A stretch of 64,000 bases of DNA from Neovahlkampfia damariscottae. Lineage: Eukaryota. The notes beneath the pieces are model-generated. The model was not told the DNA's origin and did not search any database. It saw only the letters and a list, made by a program, of their open reading frames with translations. Shown here in pieces: positions 60,701 to 64,000 of this stretch (the stretch's first letter is position 1; every line of letters starts with the position of its first letter). A program made the position numbers and the translations under genes. Where the stretch lies: NCBI GenBank assembly GCA_016618085.1, contig JABLTG010000103.1, forward strand, positions 1 through 64,000. Direction: 5' to 3'.

Positions 60701-62899
60701 GTTTGTTCAGGAAATGGTTTTTGTTCATCTTCGAATAATTGTACCTGTTCCATTGGATATTACGGAAATGAATGCAATTTTTACAATTGCAATGAAAAGA
60801 GTATGACAGATTCAACGGTTTGTTCATCAAATGGATTTTGTTTAAGCCCAAATAACTGTTCATGTTTCGCTGGTTATGTTGGTTCTGATTGTGAATCACC
60901 AACGTGCTTCGGTTTCAATTCATCAAATCCTTCCACTTGTTCATCAAATGGTATTTGTTCAGGTGTTGATAGATGTATGTGCAAACCAAAATTTTCAGGT
61001 GAAAAATGTGAAAAAAATGAAACAGTTGAATATTCAGGGGATTTGAATTGTGCTGTTTTTTCCAATGACTATATTCGATTTTATCAATTTAAAAAATCGA
61101 TGATTATTGAACCAAGTATTTGCACAACATCTGGATGGGCAGGTGTCGCATTTCACAAAAAACAAGGAATTGATACATCAATGTTTCTTGCAGTTTCTTG
61201 GTATTCTTCTGGAGGATCAGAGCTAAAAATCAGTGAACTCAAAAATCACAGAGAGAAATCAATTCTCAAGAAATCAACTGTTGGGCTATTATTTCCAGAT
61301 GAAGAATCAATTCCAGATGTTAGATTTCAAAATAAACAAAGATTCACCATTAGAGTAGACGACATTTTAATCAAGAACTATGATTATATTTCAATTGTTT
61401 GTGGAAGTAAATCACCGATTCAAAACAATTCAACAATCACTTTTTCGTATCATGAATCAGTCAATACAAGATATTTCAACATATCCAATACACTATCAAT
61501 TTGTGATGCATTTGTTCTTTCTGGTTTTTCAAATAGAATTGCGGATACATCTGAAAATTTATGGTTCATTGAAATGGGAGTTTATCTTATTATTTTATTT
61601 GTTGTTTTAGTTTTCAAAGATCATCAACCTTTAAAATCAAGAGGTTTTGTTCCTTATTTAGCATTATTGTCACAATATGGAGCTACTTTTTCATCTATTC
61701 AATATTACTTTTTTGATTTGGAATGGAGGTCAAAATACTCTTGTTATTTACAAACTTTTCTTTATGAAAATTTCTTGTCAGTTATTTTCTTAATTATGCC
61801 TTTGAATTACTTAAGATATGTTGTTTTAATCAATATGAACAAAGACAAACAGTTAGTTTCAAAGACTGGAAGAAAATCATTATACTTCAAATTTATAATG
61901 ATGTTGAAATTTATTGCTTCCCCAAGATTTTCATTTTTCATCATTTCATCATTTTGGATTCTATTGACGATGGTTGATTTTCTAGTTATTTCAGCTTTGC
62001 CACCATTTATGAATTGCACAACGAGAAAATCATTTGGAATTTATTTCCTTCATCTTGTTGTTAATATTGTCTTTGGTATTTTATTGATTATCATTGGAAT
62101 TATTGATATTATCTCAAATGTTATTCGTTACTTTGTGAATATCAAAAAGAGAAAGCAATATCGAAGATTGGCTTGGTTGAAACTCTTAAAAGATGAATTC
62201 TTTGATTTCTATTTCAAGGGTGATCCTTATTTCTTCAGAATTGAACAAATCATTGCATTTTTTGTATTCTGTTTATATGTCATGTATGAAGTTGTAAATT
62301 TCAATCGACTCATTTTTGGTGAAGAGAATCTATTTCATTTGTACCTTGGAAAATATTTTTCAACGATTGGAAGATCAGTCATCACTTATGCTTTTGCATT
62401 TTATCAAGTACTTTTACCTTTGATAGTTGCCATATTCCTCATTTCGATTAAATTAATCAAAGGTTGGTTTGTAACCAAAATAGAAACTGATGCAGATGAA
62501 TTGGATTACTTCTTATCAAAACCTGAATTTTTTGATTTGTTTTTGGTCTTTGCTCAATCAGAATGGTCACAAGAGAATGTATTAGCATTCAGGGATGTCA
62601 AGAAATATCGTCAATTGAAAAATGAAAAAAGATTAAATCATGCATTTGATATTTATTACATGTACTTGAATGGTGAAAATGCACCTTTACAAATCAACAT
62701 TGATTCCAAAAGTTGCAATGACTTGATGAAAATTATCAATGATCCAAAATCTAAATTGTCAGATACTCTATTTAATGGTATTGAAAAAGGAATCAAAATT
62801 AATTTATCTGACACTTGGTCTCGTTTTATTTTGACAAATGAGTTTTCAAATTATCAAAAGAACAGAGAAATTCAACTCCAAGAAATGAAATTCCTATAA
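54731..62899 (+). CDS. Giant 7TM-RGS receptor-like protein: signal peptide, [RCC1 repeats + EGF repeats] x2, DOMON-like, 7TM, RGS
   Basis: Signal MNWLTTTLSLLLFCAVVVS; many SAGG.HS and G.N..GQLG repeats; 5 then 8 CS.NG.C...D.C.C..GY.G..C units; GWAGVAF; QPLKSRG plus seven hydrophobic helices; FAQSEWSQENV...IY..YL...PLQINID...DTWSRF. About 20 tiny introns. Confidence 0.85.
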
Positions 62900-63033
62900 A
62901 TAGTTTTTTTAACATATTTTCATAATTGTCTTTGTCTCACAACACAAGTTCATATTGAAGCATTGATATTGAAGGTGAACAACATAAGTTGAGCAACATT
63001 TATAAAACAAAAAATTTAAGAAAAATATATATC

Positions 63034-63107
63034 TATCGAAGGTGGGACTCGAACCCACAACCTCCCGCTCCGTAGGCGGGTGCTCTAACCAATTGAGCCA
63101 CATCGAC
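63034..63107 (-). tRNA. tRNA-Arg (ACG)
   Basis: GTCGATG TG GCTC AATTGGTTA GAGC A CCCGC CTACGGA GCGGG AGGTT GTGGG TTCGAGT CCCAC CTTCGAT A; downstream T5. Confidence 0.95.
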
Positions 63108-63272
63108 TTTGTTGTTTACATATAACAAAGTGAAAGTATTTCAAACTGAAAAATCATCTTCTTTTATTTGTTTTCAAATTTGTCCAATAGTTGTTTGAAT
63201 GGTCAGTAGTTTGTCAAAGAAAGTTTTGAAAATACTGTCTCATATCCGGTTCATGTTGAGAAATCCAAATTG

Positions 63273-63523
63273 ATGCATTCTGATTCTTTGAAAATTATTT
63301 ATCTTGGTGATTATAATGTTGGAAAGAGAACAGAAGAAACAAATTTATCTAAATCTAACAGAAGTATTGTTTTTTCAAATACTGTTACAGAGAGTGTCGT
63401 CGTTCTACATTATCTGAAGAATTTCTTCGAATGAACTTTTTTTTCAATGGAACTCAATACAATCTCGAATTCTGGCAAACTGGAGGTTTTACTTCAAAAT
63501 TGTTCCTGAAGATGAATTCATAG
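63273..63523 (+). pseudogene. Degenerate Ras-superfamily small-GTPase-like fragment
   Basis: MHSDSLKIIYLGDYNVGK (G1-like) and, in another frame, FNGTQYNLEFWQTGG (G3-like); stops intervene. Confidence 0.5.
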
Positions 63524-63720
63524 AAAGAACATCAAATTGTGATTTTATTGAAATTAGTTTGAAAAAAGGAAAAAATATGGATGATTTATTAACTAAAATC
63601 ATGAATTTTGTGGTTGAACCAAAATTCAGAAACAAAGTTGCAAAACAGAAAATTTGATTTTTGAATTTTCAGAGAATATTAGGTTGTTTGAATACAAATT
63701 TTTGGAATTTATTTGATTTT

Positions 63721-64000
63721 TTAATTTGATTGAACTTTCAATTTGAACACAACATCTGTGTATTCATCGAAATTTTTGAGGATATCATTTCCATAAATAC
63801 CTTTACCAATTTGAACTTTCCACACTTCATTTCTCAATTTCACATTATCAGTACCTCCAAATCTATCCAAAATAAAAAAAAATTTTTTGACATACATGTA
63901 CAAGGTATCTTCATAAATGAACGCATCACTGAAACTTCTTGGACAAGGAGAATTTTTATATTCCAATTTTTTCCAAATGTGACTGGTCAAATCATATTTG
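63721..64000 (-). CDS. Kelch-repeat protein, 3' end only
   Basis: W..L....SPCPRSF......DTLYI/FGG....RNEVW, with an in-frame 33-nt intron; gene begins beyond the window. Confidence 0.75.
   Translation of the reverse strand, partial: KYDLTSHIWKKLEYKNSPCPRSFSDAFIYEDTLYMYVKKFFFILDRFGGTDNVKLRNEVWKVQIGKGIYGNDILKNFDEYTDVVFKLKVQSN

Noticed and set aside
60024..60902. Alternate-frame and antisense ORFs (also 3426-4171, 18300-18686, 47585-47860, 53951-54384)
   Set aside because: Shadows of well-supported genes caused by repetitive or biased codons; no motifs.

Overview
AT-rich, very gene-dense eukaryotic nuclear DNA using the standard code, with many 26-40 nt GT-AG introns. These introns fragment the supplied ORFs and create false 'VKKKK' peptides. 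Tiny introns, a 7TM-RGS receptor, DUF4116 and BTB/TLDc genes and a TnpB/Fanzor relic suggest a free-living protist, possibly heterolobosean (inference only). About 35 protein genes can be rebuilt by hand, plus three tRNAs (two identical Ala-UGC copies in inverted orientation and one Arg-ACG). Highlights: (1) a decayed Fanzor/TnpB 5' end next to a decayed hAT transposase dimerisation domain at the left edge, neither evident from the ORF track; (2) a polyQ-less huntingtin homologue of about 2,100 aa; (3) a giant receptor, signal peptide-[RCC1 repeats-EGF]x2-DOMON-like-7TM-RGS, whose internal duplication kept 16- and 12-nt microexons; (4) a Fis1-TPR/EF-hand/PIP5K/DEP/PH fusion; (5) a tandem pair of small secreted acidic/basic precursor-like genes, one with SRPKSAGKGAE repeats and one frameshifted by a single base; (6) a CCAAT box near most start codons. 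All family calls come from motif recognition by eye. No searches were run.
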